A stretch of 64,000 nt of DNA from Rhizophagus irregularis (Eukaryota). Both the position numbers and the translations under genes were made by a program. Below, in pieces: positions 26,726-39,512 of this stretch (position 1 is the stretch's first letter; the number at the start of each line of letters is the position of its first letter). The notes beneath the pieces were generated by a model. It did no database searches. It had not been told where the DNA came from and saw nothing but the letters and a program-made list of their open reading frames with translations. Where the stretch lies: the NCBI RefSeq assembly GCF_026210795.1, contig NC_089432.1, positions 620,001-684,000 of the forward strand, read 5' to 3'.

Positions 26726-27364
26726 GGGATCCTCCCGAAATCCCGACAACCATAATCCCGATGTGATAAAATCTTGACACTCTTATTCCCGACTAAGACA
26801 ATATCCCGAATGATTAAAATACTGAAAGAATTATATCCCGAATAGTCCAAAATCTGGAATTCAAAATTCCCGAAAGTTCAAATTACTGATGAGTCAAAAT
26901 CCCGACACAATAAAGAAAAGAATTTTTTTCATGTGACCATTTATGTAATAATATCGTAGTGATTGCACAATTGTTAATAATTTGCATAATTTGCCAAGGA
27001 GTTATTATGTCAATTACTACTGCGTGATCTCACTATATATTATACTGTAACATGTAAGTCATAAATCAAAATTGCAATTTTTTATCATTTAAATTGGAAA
27101 TAGTGTCGCAAATTATATAGCCAGTAGGAAATGATCTTCCTAGTAAACAAAAATCAAAGAGATACTCAAAATTATAATATTGTGTCAGGATTTTGACTCA
27201 TCAGTAACTTGAACTTTCAGGAAATTTAAATTCTGGATTTTAGACCATTCGGGATATGATACTTTCGGGATTTTGATCGTTCAGTATATTGTCTCTGTCA
27301 GGAATACGTGCCTTGGGATTTTATCATATCAGGATTGTGCTTGTTGGGATTTCGTGGTAAACCC
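26726..27364. mobile_element. Non-autonomous MULE-like element with ~180-bp TIRs
   Basis: GGGATCCTCCCGAAATCCCGACAA / TTGTTGGGATTTCGTGGTAAACCC; arms built of ATCCCGA repeats; perfect 9-bp TSD ATTTGAACT (26717-26725, 27365-27373). Confidence 0.85.
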
Positions 27365-27471
27365 ATTTGAACTAAGTCAACCAACCCGTTACTGGTTTTA
27401 CTCATTTCAATTATGTTATTGAATAATACATTTACGATTCCATGATCCACGCACATTCTTATAAATTTCTA

Positions 27472-27940
27472 CCCTATAAGAAATATTTATACGGAAAGGA
27501 TGCATTTTGTATACATTTTATGTACATTTCTATAGATTCCGTATACAAATTCCGTATATTTAATAAGCAATTCATTTTTGAACATTTTTTAAAAAAACTA
27601 ATGTATACGGAAAAAATTAATCATATGGAATGTATACGGAATTTTTAAACTTAATATTTTTAGAAAATAATTTTACAAAAATCTCGTATCATAACACGAG
27701 ATCACGTGATTGTTTATTGTTTTGTTATGATACGTTTTTTTTTTTGTTTTTATATAAACCCTTACTTTGATGAGTTTGATCTTCCAATCTTCCTTTCTGT
27801 CTTTCCCTTCCTTCTCTTTTCTCTTGTCTTATTTTTGTTATTTTTTCTAAATTTTTCTTCTTTTTTGTCACCCTCCTTTTAAAAAAAAATTTTTTTTTTC
27901 GTACCTCACTTTAAAATTTTTTTTTTCATCACTCTCCTTT
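27472..27940 (-). mobile_element. Truncated inverted copy of the right end of the 29420-38935 element, without the LINE
   Basis: Reverse complement matches ~30510-30707 joined to 38676-38935, with a single CGTATCATAACA at the junction. Confidence 0.9.
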
Positions 27941-28183
27941 AGAGGATGGCCAGAAATGACGTAATTTAAATTTTAGGATTTTTGACTCCCTCCCTATGTC
28001 ATCATTCATTTTAGGAAATGTAAAATTAAAACACAATTCTGGCTAAAATTATATTAACTACAAGTGTCTAAAAATGGAAGTTATGTAACATATTCATGGT
28101 CTTACCCCCTCCCCTTGCACATCTGAAATGTGTATCAGGTTGACGGCGCAGTGTGGCGCAGCGATTTTTTCCAAAAAAATTAA

Positions 28184-28964
28184 TTGCTAATTCGGTTAAG
28201 ATCAGCAGTGTCCTACTATGTAAAATTGGGGAAATTGGTGCAAATAATAAAAATAATTATCATATGATCTAATAATCCAATTTTGATGAACTTTTTTTTG
28301 TTCTGTAAGTCTGGATTACCTTTATAAAATAAAAATAATTTCATTGAAATTGGACCATTAGGTTGTGAGATAATCACAAAAACATATTTTACTGACAACG
28401 ATCAGATTCCATTAATAACAAAGCAGACAATTATCTCCTGATTCAGTGATCCAATTTCGATAAACTTTTTTTTGTTATTTAGATCTCAATAATCTCTACA
28501 TAATAAAAAAATTTGTCAAAATTGGACCTCTAGATCGTGAGATAATTGTGAAAACATATTTTGCCAGACGATTTTTAGATTCATGATATGGCAAAATATA
28601 TCTTTGTGATTATCTTCCGATCTAGCAGTCCAATATTGACAAACTTTTTTTTATTGTGAAGAAGAGGTTAAGACCTAAAAGACAAAAAAAAATTATTGAA
28701 ATTGGATCACTGAATTAGGAATCAATTCTTTTTTTATGATTTACTAAAATTTAGTCATAATAATAATATGAAATACTTTTTCACGATTTTCTTATAATTT
28801 AGTATTTCAATTTCAATAAATTTTTTATTTTATTGAGGAAATCAAGATCTATAAAACAAAAAAAAGTTCATTGAAATTGGATCATTGGATCAAGAGATAA
28901 TTATTTTCTTTTTTTGCCCCGATTTTACATAGTAAGACACTGCCGATCTTAACCGAATTAGCAA
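28184..28964. mobile_element. Non-autonomous TIR element built of ~4 palindromic modules
   Basis: ~45-bp TIR TTGCTAATTCGGTTAAGATCAGCAGTGTCCTACTATGTAAAAT / ATTTTACATAGTAAGACACTGCCGATCTTAACCGAATTAGCAA, flanked by TTAA on both sides. Confidence 0.8.
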
Positions 28965-30770
28965 TTAAATTGAAATTTTTTATATTTAAAATAAAACCTT
29001 TAAATTACTATACTAGATGTATTTTTGTCCGCTCTGCAAATTTACTTAGAGAATATACGGGTGGTTTAGAAGGCCATTTTCGAGTTATTTAACAAAAACT
29101 GTTTTTTCAACAAATCCAATTTTGGAAATGATCAGCAAAGACGATAAAATCAATACCAATTTTTAGTTTCCCGAGTAACTGGCATTTTACTAATACAAAT
29201 AACTATAGAATAGATGGATTATTAGCTTTTTTTAATAATGATGATAAATTTCTATAATGGATAATGAAATTTTTTCATATTAATTTTTCATATTAATTTT
29301 TTTCTCCCCATAATAATAGATCAATTTAATAGACTTTAGTATATAAAAGAGAATTATTTGGCCTTTTCCCTAATAAAATTTTTTTATATTGATTTTTTTC
29401 TCCCGATAATAATAATTCACCCTATAAAAAAAATTGGATACGTTTTTTATAAAGTTTTTATACGATTTTTTTCTTTAGAAATAACGTATCATAATAGGAT
29501 ACAGAAAAATGCACAATTCCGTATCACTAAATATATGGTTTGGATACGGAATTTGCATGGAATTCATATGGAATTTACATGATTTGATCACTGATTTTAT
29601 CACGAAATTTATACGATTTGGTAACTGAATTTACTATTTGTATTACAGTTTACTATAATTATATTTACATAAATCTAATTTTACTTTATTAGATTAAATA
29701 AAAAATAAAAAATAAACAAAATACAAATACATTATGAAAATTCCCTCCTCAATAAAACCACCTATTGCAACCAAAATTATCTATAAGTTCAGGTTCATTT
29801 GAAGTCAAACAACCTAAAAAAAACAAAAAAAGAAACATAAGAACGTCTAACTTAATTGGAAACAAAATCCCCCATATAGTATCTGCAATCGTCCAAGTCA
29901 CCAAAGGTCAGCATTCCTACAAAAAAAGAAAGAGAACTCCAGCAGAATGTCTGACCTACATAAATGAAAAGAATTATGAAGCATCTGATGAAAAAGAAAC
30001 TAAAACAACAAAATAAATCCAAAACTGACCTACAAAATAAGAAGACTCTGAAGCAACAAAACTGAAACAACCTACAAAAAGAAAAGAATCTGAACCCAAC
30101 TTACAAAAAAAAAAAAAAAGAAATTCGAACTGACCTAAAAAAGGAAAAAAATCTTGAACAATCCTACAAAAAGGAAAGGAAAAGACTCCCAAACTGATCT
30201 ACAAAAAAGAAACTGAATCTTCTCACAAAAAAAATCTACTGGCCTATGAAATAAAAAAAGGGATAAATATAAATAAAAAAGAAAGGGGAATAAAGAATAA
30301 ATCAAAAAAAGAAAATATTTTTTTAAAAAGAGAGTAACGAAGTTAGGAAAGTCAAAAAAAATTTTTTTTTTAAAGAGACGACGTCAAAGTTAGAAAAATA
30401 AAAAATTTTTTATAAAGAGGAAATAGAAATAGAAAGAAGAATTTTTTTTTTTAAAAAAAAAAAAGAAGAGTGGGAATAAAAGAATAAAATCAAAAAAAAT
30501 TTTTTTTTTAAAGGAGAGTGATGAAAAAAAATTTTTAAAGTGAGGTACGAAAAAAAAATTTTTTTTTTAAAAGGAGGGTGACGAAAAAAGAAGAAAAATT
30601 TAGAAAAAATAACAAAAATAAGACGAGAAAAAGAGACAGAAAGGAAGATCGGAAGATCAAACTCATCAAAGTAAGTTTATTTAAAAAACAAAAAACGTAT
30701 CATAACAGGTGAAAAAACTCTTTCCCCTGAATTTCGATTTTCATAATAATCTGCAGTAAATATAGTAATC

Positions 30771-32741
30771 ATGGGAGTTTCAGTCTCAACAAAAGACTTT
30801 GCTACGCTCGAAGGGTACGTTTACAAAAGTGGAGAGGAACGGGAAGAAATTCTGGAACACGCAGGTTGGAAGTTAGAAGCGCAAGATCATGACATAGCGA
30901 TATTTATGGGAACAGACGTTGTCACAGCGGCGTTAATAAGAGCCGTAGTTACAGTATGTCTAACGAAACAAAAAGACACGATGGAAACATTTTATAAAAA
31001 TGTTACAGAAAAAGAAAGACAACATTTCGACCAACAAATACAAACACTTTATTCACAAGGAACCGCTATAGAACACGAACTACACATAACGAAAGATAAA
31101 CTCCAAAAACAAGACAAAGAACTAGAAGAATATTTCAAAGCGATGCCAATAAACCAACATATATCAAATATAGAAGTTGGTACAAATGACAGACCAGAAT
31201 ATAATACTACGAAGAGTATACCGACAGGACAACTTATATCAATAGACGAAGAAGATAATAATACCGTCCAAGGCGAAAATTCAAAGAGCGAGGGAAAAAA
31301 GAGATGTCACGTGACCGAAAAACAAATAGATGAGAACGATATGGAAGGAGTTACATTAACACCAAATAGTAACAACATCTCGATGCACGAAAAAAATTTT
31401 ACAAACTCCAGAACAAGATACCATGCAAAGATCAACATTAACACGCTGAAATTATCAAAAGAGGAAATAGAAAACGAAATTGGAAAAATTTTTCACAAAG
31501 ACAGATTTAGGATCGACATCTCAAACAAGAACGGTAATATGTATATGTACGTAATGTTTGCAACAAGTGAAGAAAGAACAAGATTGACCAATAGCGAAAC
31601 AATTATCAACAACGTGGGCAAATTCTACACGGATCAAGAAAGGGAAGTGACGATCAGTGACCCGTTAAAATGCGAGATCCTAAACATACCGATCGACATT
31701 AGCAATAGTGAAGTAAGCGTAGCAGTAGATAACTATGGAATGGGTGACATTAATAGAGTGTTTAATAATACAAAAAAATCAAAAGATGGGAAAAAACGAC
31801 ACGAAAGTGTATTAATAAACCTAAAATGCACCGACGCACAACTAAGAGATACATGGTCCATACCAATCGACGATCTTGATAACAGAATCACGATTATCCC
31901 TCAAAATCTAACGGCAACACAGAAACAGGAAAGGAAGAAATATATGGCCAAACTTATAGACGTAGACCCTAATATAGAGTATAAAGATATCAGTGAAAAC
32001 CTAAACAACGTAAAGGCGAAAGAATGGTATATCAATGAAGACAAACGAACCAATAGAAAGATAATTACAGTTTATTTCAAAAATGGCAAGGAAAGAGATA
32101 GCGCCATGAAAATACCATTCATAGTAAATAACAAATGCATTACATGGAATAAAGGTTATATAGGGCAGCCCTTTCGGACCAGCCAACACAGTTACAACAA
32201 CAGCAGATTCGATGGAAGAAGAGCATATCACCAACACGGAAGATACAACAACTCACAAGATGCAAGAGAATATACAGGAAAAGGGGAACAAAGAGGACGT
32301 CAACAATACAACAACGAACACCAAACAACATATCAACAACAGACAAGACGACCCAATGATTACAGACAAAGATATAGCGGAAATAACAACAACTATGAAC
32401 AAAGTTATGATTCAAGACGAACTACATATAAAAGATTCAATCGATACAACGAAAACAACCAACAATTTAGAGACAGCGGAAGAAACTATGAAAGAAATTA
32501 CGACAGAAGACCAAATGAGAATAACTCTGGAAATCGCAGAAACTACCAAACTCAACAAACATATAGTTACACCCAACGACACGACTTTAATGGAAAAGCA
32601 AGATACGATAACAGAAGAGAAGATAATAACAGAAGAGAAAATGATTATAGACAATACGACACTGGATACAAACAACAACGCACAATTCACGACAACGATA
32701 GAAGAAGAGGAAACGGAGTCCATTATGGACATAGATATTGA
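30771..32741 (+). CDS. LINE ORF1 protein, 656 aa (coiled coil, RRM-like segments, R/N/Y/Q/D-rich tail)
   Basis: First ORF, 63 bp from the element start; heptad-like region ~aa 75-125; low-complexity C-terminal ~190 aa; no CCHC knuckle seen. Confidence 0.8.
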   Translation: MGVSVSTKDFATLEGYVYKSGEEREEILEHAGWKLEAQDHDIAIFMGTDVVTAALIRAVVTVCLTKQKDTMETFYKNVTEKERQHFDQQIQTLYSQGTAIEHELHITKDKLQKQDKELEEYFKAMPINQHISNIEVGTNDRPEYNTTKSIPTGQLISIDEEDNNTVQGENSKSEGKKRCHVTEKQIDENDMEGVTLTPNSNNISMHEKNFTNSRTRYHAKININTLKLSKEEIENEIGKIFHKDRFRIDISNKNGNMYMYVMFATSEERTRLTNSETIINNVGKFYTDQEREVTISDPLKCEILNIPIDISNSEVSVAVDNYGMGDINRVFNNTKKSKDGKKRHESVLINLKCTDAQLRDTWSIPIDDLDNRITIIPQNLTATQKQERKKYMAKLIDVDPNIEYKDISENLNNVKAKEWYINEDKRTNRKIITVYFKNGKERDSAMKIPFIVNNKCITWNKGYIGQPFRTSQHSYNNSRFDGRRAYHQHGRYNNSQDAREYTGKGEQRGRQQYNNEHQTTYQQQTRRPNDYRQRYSGNNNNYEQSYDSRRTTYKRFNRYNENNQQFRDSGRNYERNYDRRPNENNSGNRRNYQTQQTYSYTQRHDFNGKARYDNRREDNNRRENDYRQYDTGYKQQRTIHDNDRRRGNGVHYGHRY

Positions 32742-35700
32742 ATCAACTTCACGATGAATTAGTATATATGAGGAGGAGACGTGGGGCGATGAAGATACTG
32801 TAGACAAGTATGTAGAGGAAAATAAGAAGATAAAAAACAAAAAAACAAATAAAAATTTAAATAATAACAAAATAAACAATAAGATAAAAATAGGTTGTAT
32901 AAATATAAGGGGTTTAAACGATGATAAAGGATTAGATAACAAACAAGAGAGATTAAAAAGTTTTATCAACAAAGAAAATTGGGACATAGCAGGAATCAAC
33001 GAAACAAAAATCAAGAAATCAAAAGGAAAATACATATATAGAGATTGGGAAACAATGAAAATTAGGAACAACAGCGCGGAAGAGGAAAAAAGTAAAGGTA
33101 GTCAAATTTTAATACAAAAATATTGGACAGAAGTACGATCGATCAACTATAAAACAATAGAGGAATACGCACAATCAATAGATATTATACTCAAAGGAAA
33201 TAAAAAATCGATCAGAATTATAAATATATATATGGTAGGTAACAATAAAGACAAAAAAAAGGAAATTATATCGACAGTAGATAAATGGATAGAAAATGGG
33301 AAAAATGAAAATCTAGACATTATAGTAATGGGAGACTTCAACGAACGAAGACAAAATATAGGGAAGAAAGATAAAAATAATTTTCTAGAATTGATAGATA
33401 GTCATAATATGGTAGATATACACACTTATTTCAACAATAACGACCTGATAGATACATGGACAAACGGAACTATAAGTACAAGAATTGATTATATTTTTGT
33501 GAATAGCGAAATGTTACAGAGAATCGATGAACACGAAGTATTAAATGTAGAAAACAAATTATCGACAGACCACAAAGCTTTAACGATTACTATTAAAATA
33601 GAAAATGAGACAACAAACTATAATAATAATAAAGGAAAAGACACAGGATATTTTAGACATAAATTCTCAGGGAAAGAATGGGAAGAAATAGCGGAACGTG
33701 TAGAAAAAAGTATTATAGAAAGACAAACGAACATGGACGAAAGCGAAGGAGATAAAGATGGAATAACAACTGAAATAGACAAAAAATGGAACACGCTTAA
33801 ATACGTAATCACCAAAGAAATAACAGAAGTGAACCAAGAAAAGAAGAACAATATTAAAAAAATAATAATAATAATAAAAACACGCAGAAAGAATACAATA
33901 CGAGCGTCAAAGACATGTCTGATTGCGATAAAGTTAAGACCAAATTAAAAATTATAAATGAAATAGAAAAACTGTGGAAAAAATGGGATAGACTGGTAAT
34001 GGAAAGAAATAAATTTAACGAAGAAACAAGACGAAACTTGGATGTAATGGAAAATTTTGGTGCAAAAGAAAGGAACGTAATTACCAATTACAAGATACTA
34101 GTACATAGATTTAACGACATTTGTAACTCGATGATGACAACGGAAACGGAAAATCAATTTAAAAATTTGCATGATAACCTTGAAGACAGTATATCGATAA
34201 ACAGAACCAAAGATAAGATAGAAATAGAAAAAAACAGATTGTTGTGTGATATGGAAAACGTACAACAATACGAATACAGCCTAGAAATAGAAAAAAATAT
34301 AGAAAAACGTGAACAATTAATGACAACAGACTTAAAAGAAATGATCATTCGAATAATGGATAAAAGAAGAGGTCAAATCAGAATAGATAGTTGTCAGAAA
34401 ATAAGTGAAAATAGGGTCAGAATGATTACAAATCACGAAGAAATAAAAGACGAAGTCGTAGAACATTACAAAAATTGGACATGCGCAAGAAATTTCGATG
34501 AAGAAGAGTTTGATAGAAATTGGAGTCAATATTACAACAAATTCGATACTATTGATGAACACATATATGATCATTTGTGTGATGAAGTAACAATGACGGA
34601 ATGCAATCTAACGTTAAATAATCTTAAATATGATAAAGCAGCGGGGGTAAGTGGTATTCCTTACGATTTTTGGAAGAAAAGTGGTGATAATACAAAGGAA
34701 GCTTTAATAGAAATTATAAATCTGGTAATCAAAGAAGGAACATGGCCAAAGGAATGGAAAGACGGAATAATTTATCCGATCAAAAAAACAATGGAGTGGA
34801 ATAGAGATTTAAAACTAACGCGTCCAATAACGTTAATCGAGACAGCAAGGAAAATCACGATCAAAATACTTACGAATCGTCTGAATGATATCTTGACAAA
34901 GTATACTGTTTTAAAGGGAAAAAATTTTGCGGCATTAAAATATGAAAGTACATTCGAACCAATAAAAATTTTGCAAGCGATAATTGAAGATGCCAATATT
35001 AACAAAAAAGAAGCGTGGATAGTATTAATGGATATAAGTAAAGCATACGACTCAGTTAGCTCGAGAAGTTTGAGGAAAGGGATGGAGCGTATAAAATTAC
35101 CGGAACAATGGATAAATTTAGTTTTAGATATATCTTATAATAGATTCAATAGAGTTATAGTTAACAATGATTTAACAGAAAAATATAAAGTGGAAGACGG
35201 AATCGACCAAGGTGAGGTATGGTCACCGATATTATGGAGAATTTTTTACGACCCCTTGTTATGTAAATTAGATGATATGAGAGAACAAGCGGGTTATGAA
35301 ATTAAGTCAGAGTTCAAAGAAAATATTACAAAAGATAAGGTGACAATCCATAGTATGATAATTAATGCGATAGCGTTCATGGATGACATGACACTTATTA
35401 GTAGATCACATGACCAAATAATGGATATGTTAGAAATATGTCACAGCTTCTATAGATTAAATGATATTAAAGCAAACCCTAAAAAATACGAAATAATTAG
35501 AATAAATAATGTAGAAAAGAGAGATATGATAATAGAAGGGCAAAAAATAGAAAAAATTAATTCAAAAAATGGTAATAGATTTCTGGGAATTTTCTTTACA
35601 TATAATAATAATAGAGCAGTTCACATTAAAAAAATGAAAGATATGATAGAAGGTTTTGTTAAAATAATGAATAGGAAAATAATAACAGATAAACAAGTAT

Positions 35701-38429
35701 GTAAACTATGGAACACTAATATGATTCCGGCATTAGAATATCAATTACAGGGCGTAGTTATTACAGAGAATGAAGCTAAACAATTAATGGCGCCAATAAA
35801 CACTTTGATAAAACATAAATGTAAAATGCCAAGTTCGTTGCCGAACTGTGTATTATACGATAAGGACATATATGGAGTTAAAGATATTTATAGTTTACAA
35901 TTTGAAAGTTTAAGTAAAAACATAATGTATATGGCAAATGGTAATGAGATAGTTAGATCAATATTTAAAATACAAATGGAGCAGTTGCAACAAGAAGCGT
36001 GGACGCCCTTATGTTTTGCAGAAAAAGTATCACAAGTTAAATTTTCAACAAAAAGATTTGTCAGAGATGCATTAATAGTTTTAGACTCCAAGAAATTTCA
36101 TTTATGTGATCATGAAAATTATAATGATCTTTTCCGTAATCATAGGATTAGAGGAGGATACATCCTGATCGAAGAAGTTTTAGAAGAGGAATTCTGATTT
36201 TATAAAAATAGAATTAAAAAATGTGGCGTTATGTTCGTTGAACAACTAATTGAACCTTACACAGACAAAATGATGAAATGGACACACTTTTTAAAAGAAA
36301 ACGGGTTAGCGTTGAGAATAGAACCAAAATGGTTTAAAATAGTAAGGGACCGTATAACAATTAATGGTATTTTAGAAAGGGAATTATGTAACGAAATGTT
36401 AATCAAAAGAATGGAATTAGACGATACCAAGAAAGTAAGAAATAGTGAAGACCATTCTGATAAAAGTAGAAAAGAAACTAATAAAGAAATTATTACATGG
36501 AAAGATCCAAAGTCATCCAATAATATATATAGTATAAGATCAAAGAAGTCACGTCATAGATTTTACGATGAAATAGGTAAACATATGATAGAATATGATC
36601 AATTACAAGCCAACAATGATGTGATAAATTCTCCTTTTTTGATAAATTGTAAAGGATGTAATTACAATATTAGAAAGAAAAAAGATTGGAAATCAGAATG
36701 TTATATATATATAGAAAAAGACTTAGCTACGACGATACCAGGAAGATGGGAAAAAGATAACGTCGACGTGAAATATATCAAACCTTATAGGAGTTTGGAA
36801 TATATTGATAAAAGAAACGCGAGCGTTCAAAATATGTCAAATAGTAATAAAGAGAAACTTATAATCAACGACATGATTATAGACAGAGATAAAAATGAAT
36901 TACGAGCAAATGCCAAGTTCTGGTTAAATAGTGTTATTGAAGAAACGGGAATTTATGAAAATTTAAATAATTTTATAGAAAGGGATTTTTTTGATTTTAC
37001 AGACAAAGAAATTTTTTTACAGATAGGAGCTATTATACAAAAAGGCCCTGATTTAAATCTAGATGGTTTTTTTGGAATAGAGATTTTTGCAAAAAATAGT
37101 AAAGAAGAAAAGTTTAGTATAGAAGGTAAAGTTAGTAATACTAGAAATGAGCGGAAAATTTACGCTATTGGAATTATAATAGCGTTGATGATTATACCAG
37201 ATAATGTGATCGTAGATTTAAGAACGGACGAAAAAATATTAAAATGGTTTATAGACTATAGTAAGATTGGTAGCAATAGAAGAGAATTAGATGATCCGTG
37301 TTATATATTCTTAAATTGTATTAATATAGTTTTGGAATTAAAAAATATTAGATTATTAATTGATGAGGAAAAAGATAATGATGTAACAATAATGAAGAGC
37401 GTGAGTGTGAAATTACCCGCGTTAAAGCAAGAACTAATTAGATGTAAAGATTCAATTAAAGAGGTGGTATTAAAATATTCAAACATAGCGGTAGATGAAT
37501 ATGCGTTAAGATGGAACTATAATGTGATAGAAGGTGCATATAGAAAATGTTTCAAGGAAATTAGTAACAATATAAATAGGATCGATTTAATTTTGATGGA
37601 TTATGTGAAAGATTGTTTTGTGGAATGTAATGGAGCCAATGTAATGATCGATTGGAAAGAAACGTTCAAATTAATTAATAACGAAATATCTACAGGCAGA
37701 AATGTCACGAATAGGTTAGATGCATCAAGAAGATCATTTAGAGTTAAAAATTTTTTGAAAATATTACCAACGTATGAAATTTTATATGAAAGGAAAGTTT
37801 GGGGTATTGAGAGTACGAAATGCCCTAGATGCATAATAGAAGTCGAAACATGGGAACACATATGGTCTTGTGGAAATAATGGTGTGTTTACTGAATACAA
37901 GCTTTTTAGTGATAGTATTGAGGAAATTTGTGTTCATGCAATGACTGACGAAGACTCGAATGAAATTAATAAATTCAAAGAAAACCTAGTGGATATATCA
38001 ACTGGTCGGTCTATGATTATGCCTTTGCATAATATGATCAGAGAAATCACGAGAGGAATTATTAATGAAAAATGGATGAACGTATGTAAAAATAAAAATT
38101 TTAAAACAATTTTGAGAGACATATTTGACTTATATTTGACGAAGATACAAGAACATATATGGAAAGAAAGATGTAACGAGGTGACAGAAATAGAAAAACA
38201 AAAAGGTTTATTCAAAGATCTAAAAAGGAAAAGAAGGGACGCTGAGGATGATTCGGAAGATAAGGAAACAGATAATACAAAACTAGAAAACTCAAAAAAC
38301 AGGAAGAAAATTAAAAAAATAATAAAAATAGATTTAGAAAATAAAATTAAAAATGACGTATTTAGTGTAGGTAGTTCTAATAGACATAGGATAGGTAATA
38401 ATATAATTAGTAATTTGATCAATACATAA
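32725..38429 (+). pseudogene. LINE ORF2 (AP endonuclease, reverse transcriptase, degenerate RNase H-like region, Cys/His motif), disrupted
   Basis: APE: NIRG, NETK, GDFN, RIDY, TDH; RT: RPITL, DISKAYD, QGEVWSP, FMDD, FLG; C-terminal CPRC..HIWSC. Lesions: TGA 32755, frameshift near the A-run at ~33860, TGA 36195. Confidence 0.9.
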
Positions 38430-39470
38430 TAATAATTAGTATAGTTTAGTTCATAGATAAATAGATAGGTTATAGGTTTAATAACTTTTGTTTACGTTTA
38501 TTCGCGCCTTGGTTAGATAACCCTTGGCTTTGTTATGAAGGGATTCAGTATTGTATAATATTGAATTTCAATGTATTAACCTTTCAATTATTATGTAAAA
38601 TGATGCGTTATTATTACTAATAAAATAAAGAAATACGTTTAACAAAAAAAAAAAAAAAAAAAACGTATCATAACAAACAATAAATAATCACGTGATCTCG
38701 TGTTATGATACGAGATTTTTGTAAAATTATTTTCTAAAAATATTAAGTTTAAAAATTCCGTATACATTCCGTATGATTAATTTTTTCCGTATACACTTCA
38801 TATACATTAGTTTTTTTAAAAATGTTCAAAAATGAATTGCTTATTAAATATACGGAATTTGTATACGGGATCTATAGAAACGTACATAAAATGTATACAA
38901 AACGTATCCTTTCCGTATACATATTTCTTATAGGGTCAGTGTAATAAGGATAAAGATTTTTTAGCGTTTTTTCTCCTAATATCAATAAAACTATTTATAA
39001 TAAATTTGAAAATATTCTACAGTACTGTAACATCTACTTTATACAATAAATAAAATTTATATTAATTTCTTATCAATATAATACATTATTAATATATTTC
39101 TTCAGACCAAAAACATTGTATATAATGAAATCTTTCAAAATATTTAAACATGCTATAATAATACTACATTTTTCAAATATATAAAAAAAAGTTTATCTCA
39201 CACATAAAAAATTTTTTTGCCATCATATACAAAAAAAAAAATTCTAGCAAATGAAAAGAGACGTTTTCTAAGCTCTAAGAACTCCATCTTAGCCTTTTTT
39301 TTTATCACCTTTTTTAAATTTATTAAATTTATTTTTTATTTTATTATCATTTATTTACACTCCTTTAAATTTCTAATTATGAATAATAATAAAAATTGAA
39401 GTTTTTAAACATATATCATAATTTTCTTTTCATTATTCATTACTACATTAATATAAAACAACTTACTAAT

Positions 39471-39499
39471 CCCGGTGCGAAGCAACGGGCTACTGCTAG
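39471..39499 (+). mobile_element. Helitron 3' terminus
   Basis: Hairpin CCCGGTGCGAAGCAACGGG, 6 nt, then CTAG followed by T; possible 5' A|TC at 39033 (uncertain). Confidence 0.7.
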
Positions 39500-39512
39500 T
39501 ATTAGCAGTTAG

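Larger units (their letters stand above)
30708..38663 (+). mobile_element. Full-length non-LTR retrotransposon (LINE), ~7.95 kb
   Basis: TSD CGTATCATAACA (30696-30707, 38664-38675, extendable by preceding As); poly(A) 38644-38663; ORF1 plus APE-RT ORF2. Confidence 0.95.
29420..38935. mobile_element. CACTA/EnSpm-like non-autonomous element (~1.55 kb) interrupted by a LINE
   Basis: CCCTATAAAAAA (29420) / TTTCTTATAGGG (38935); 3-bp TSD TCA on both sides; CCGTATAC/ATACGG subterminal repeats. Confidence 0.8.

Noticed and set aside
10545..36197. UGA recoding or an alternative genetic code (in-frame TGA at 10545, 32755, 36195)
   Set aside because: Intact genes use TGG for Trp and contain no internal TGA; the LINE also has a frameshift and another pseudogene has a TAG, so ordinary decay explains them.
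32001..38422. Antisense ORFs within the LINE
   Set aside because: Shadow ORFs caused by the strongly A-rich sense strand; no motifs.
27472..38935. One giant 11.5-kb element with ~270-bp TIRs carrying an RT
   Set aside because: The flanks do not match (CTA vs TCA); the true left end is 29420 with TSD TCA, and the LINE has its own TSD and poly(A).
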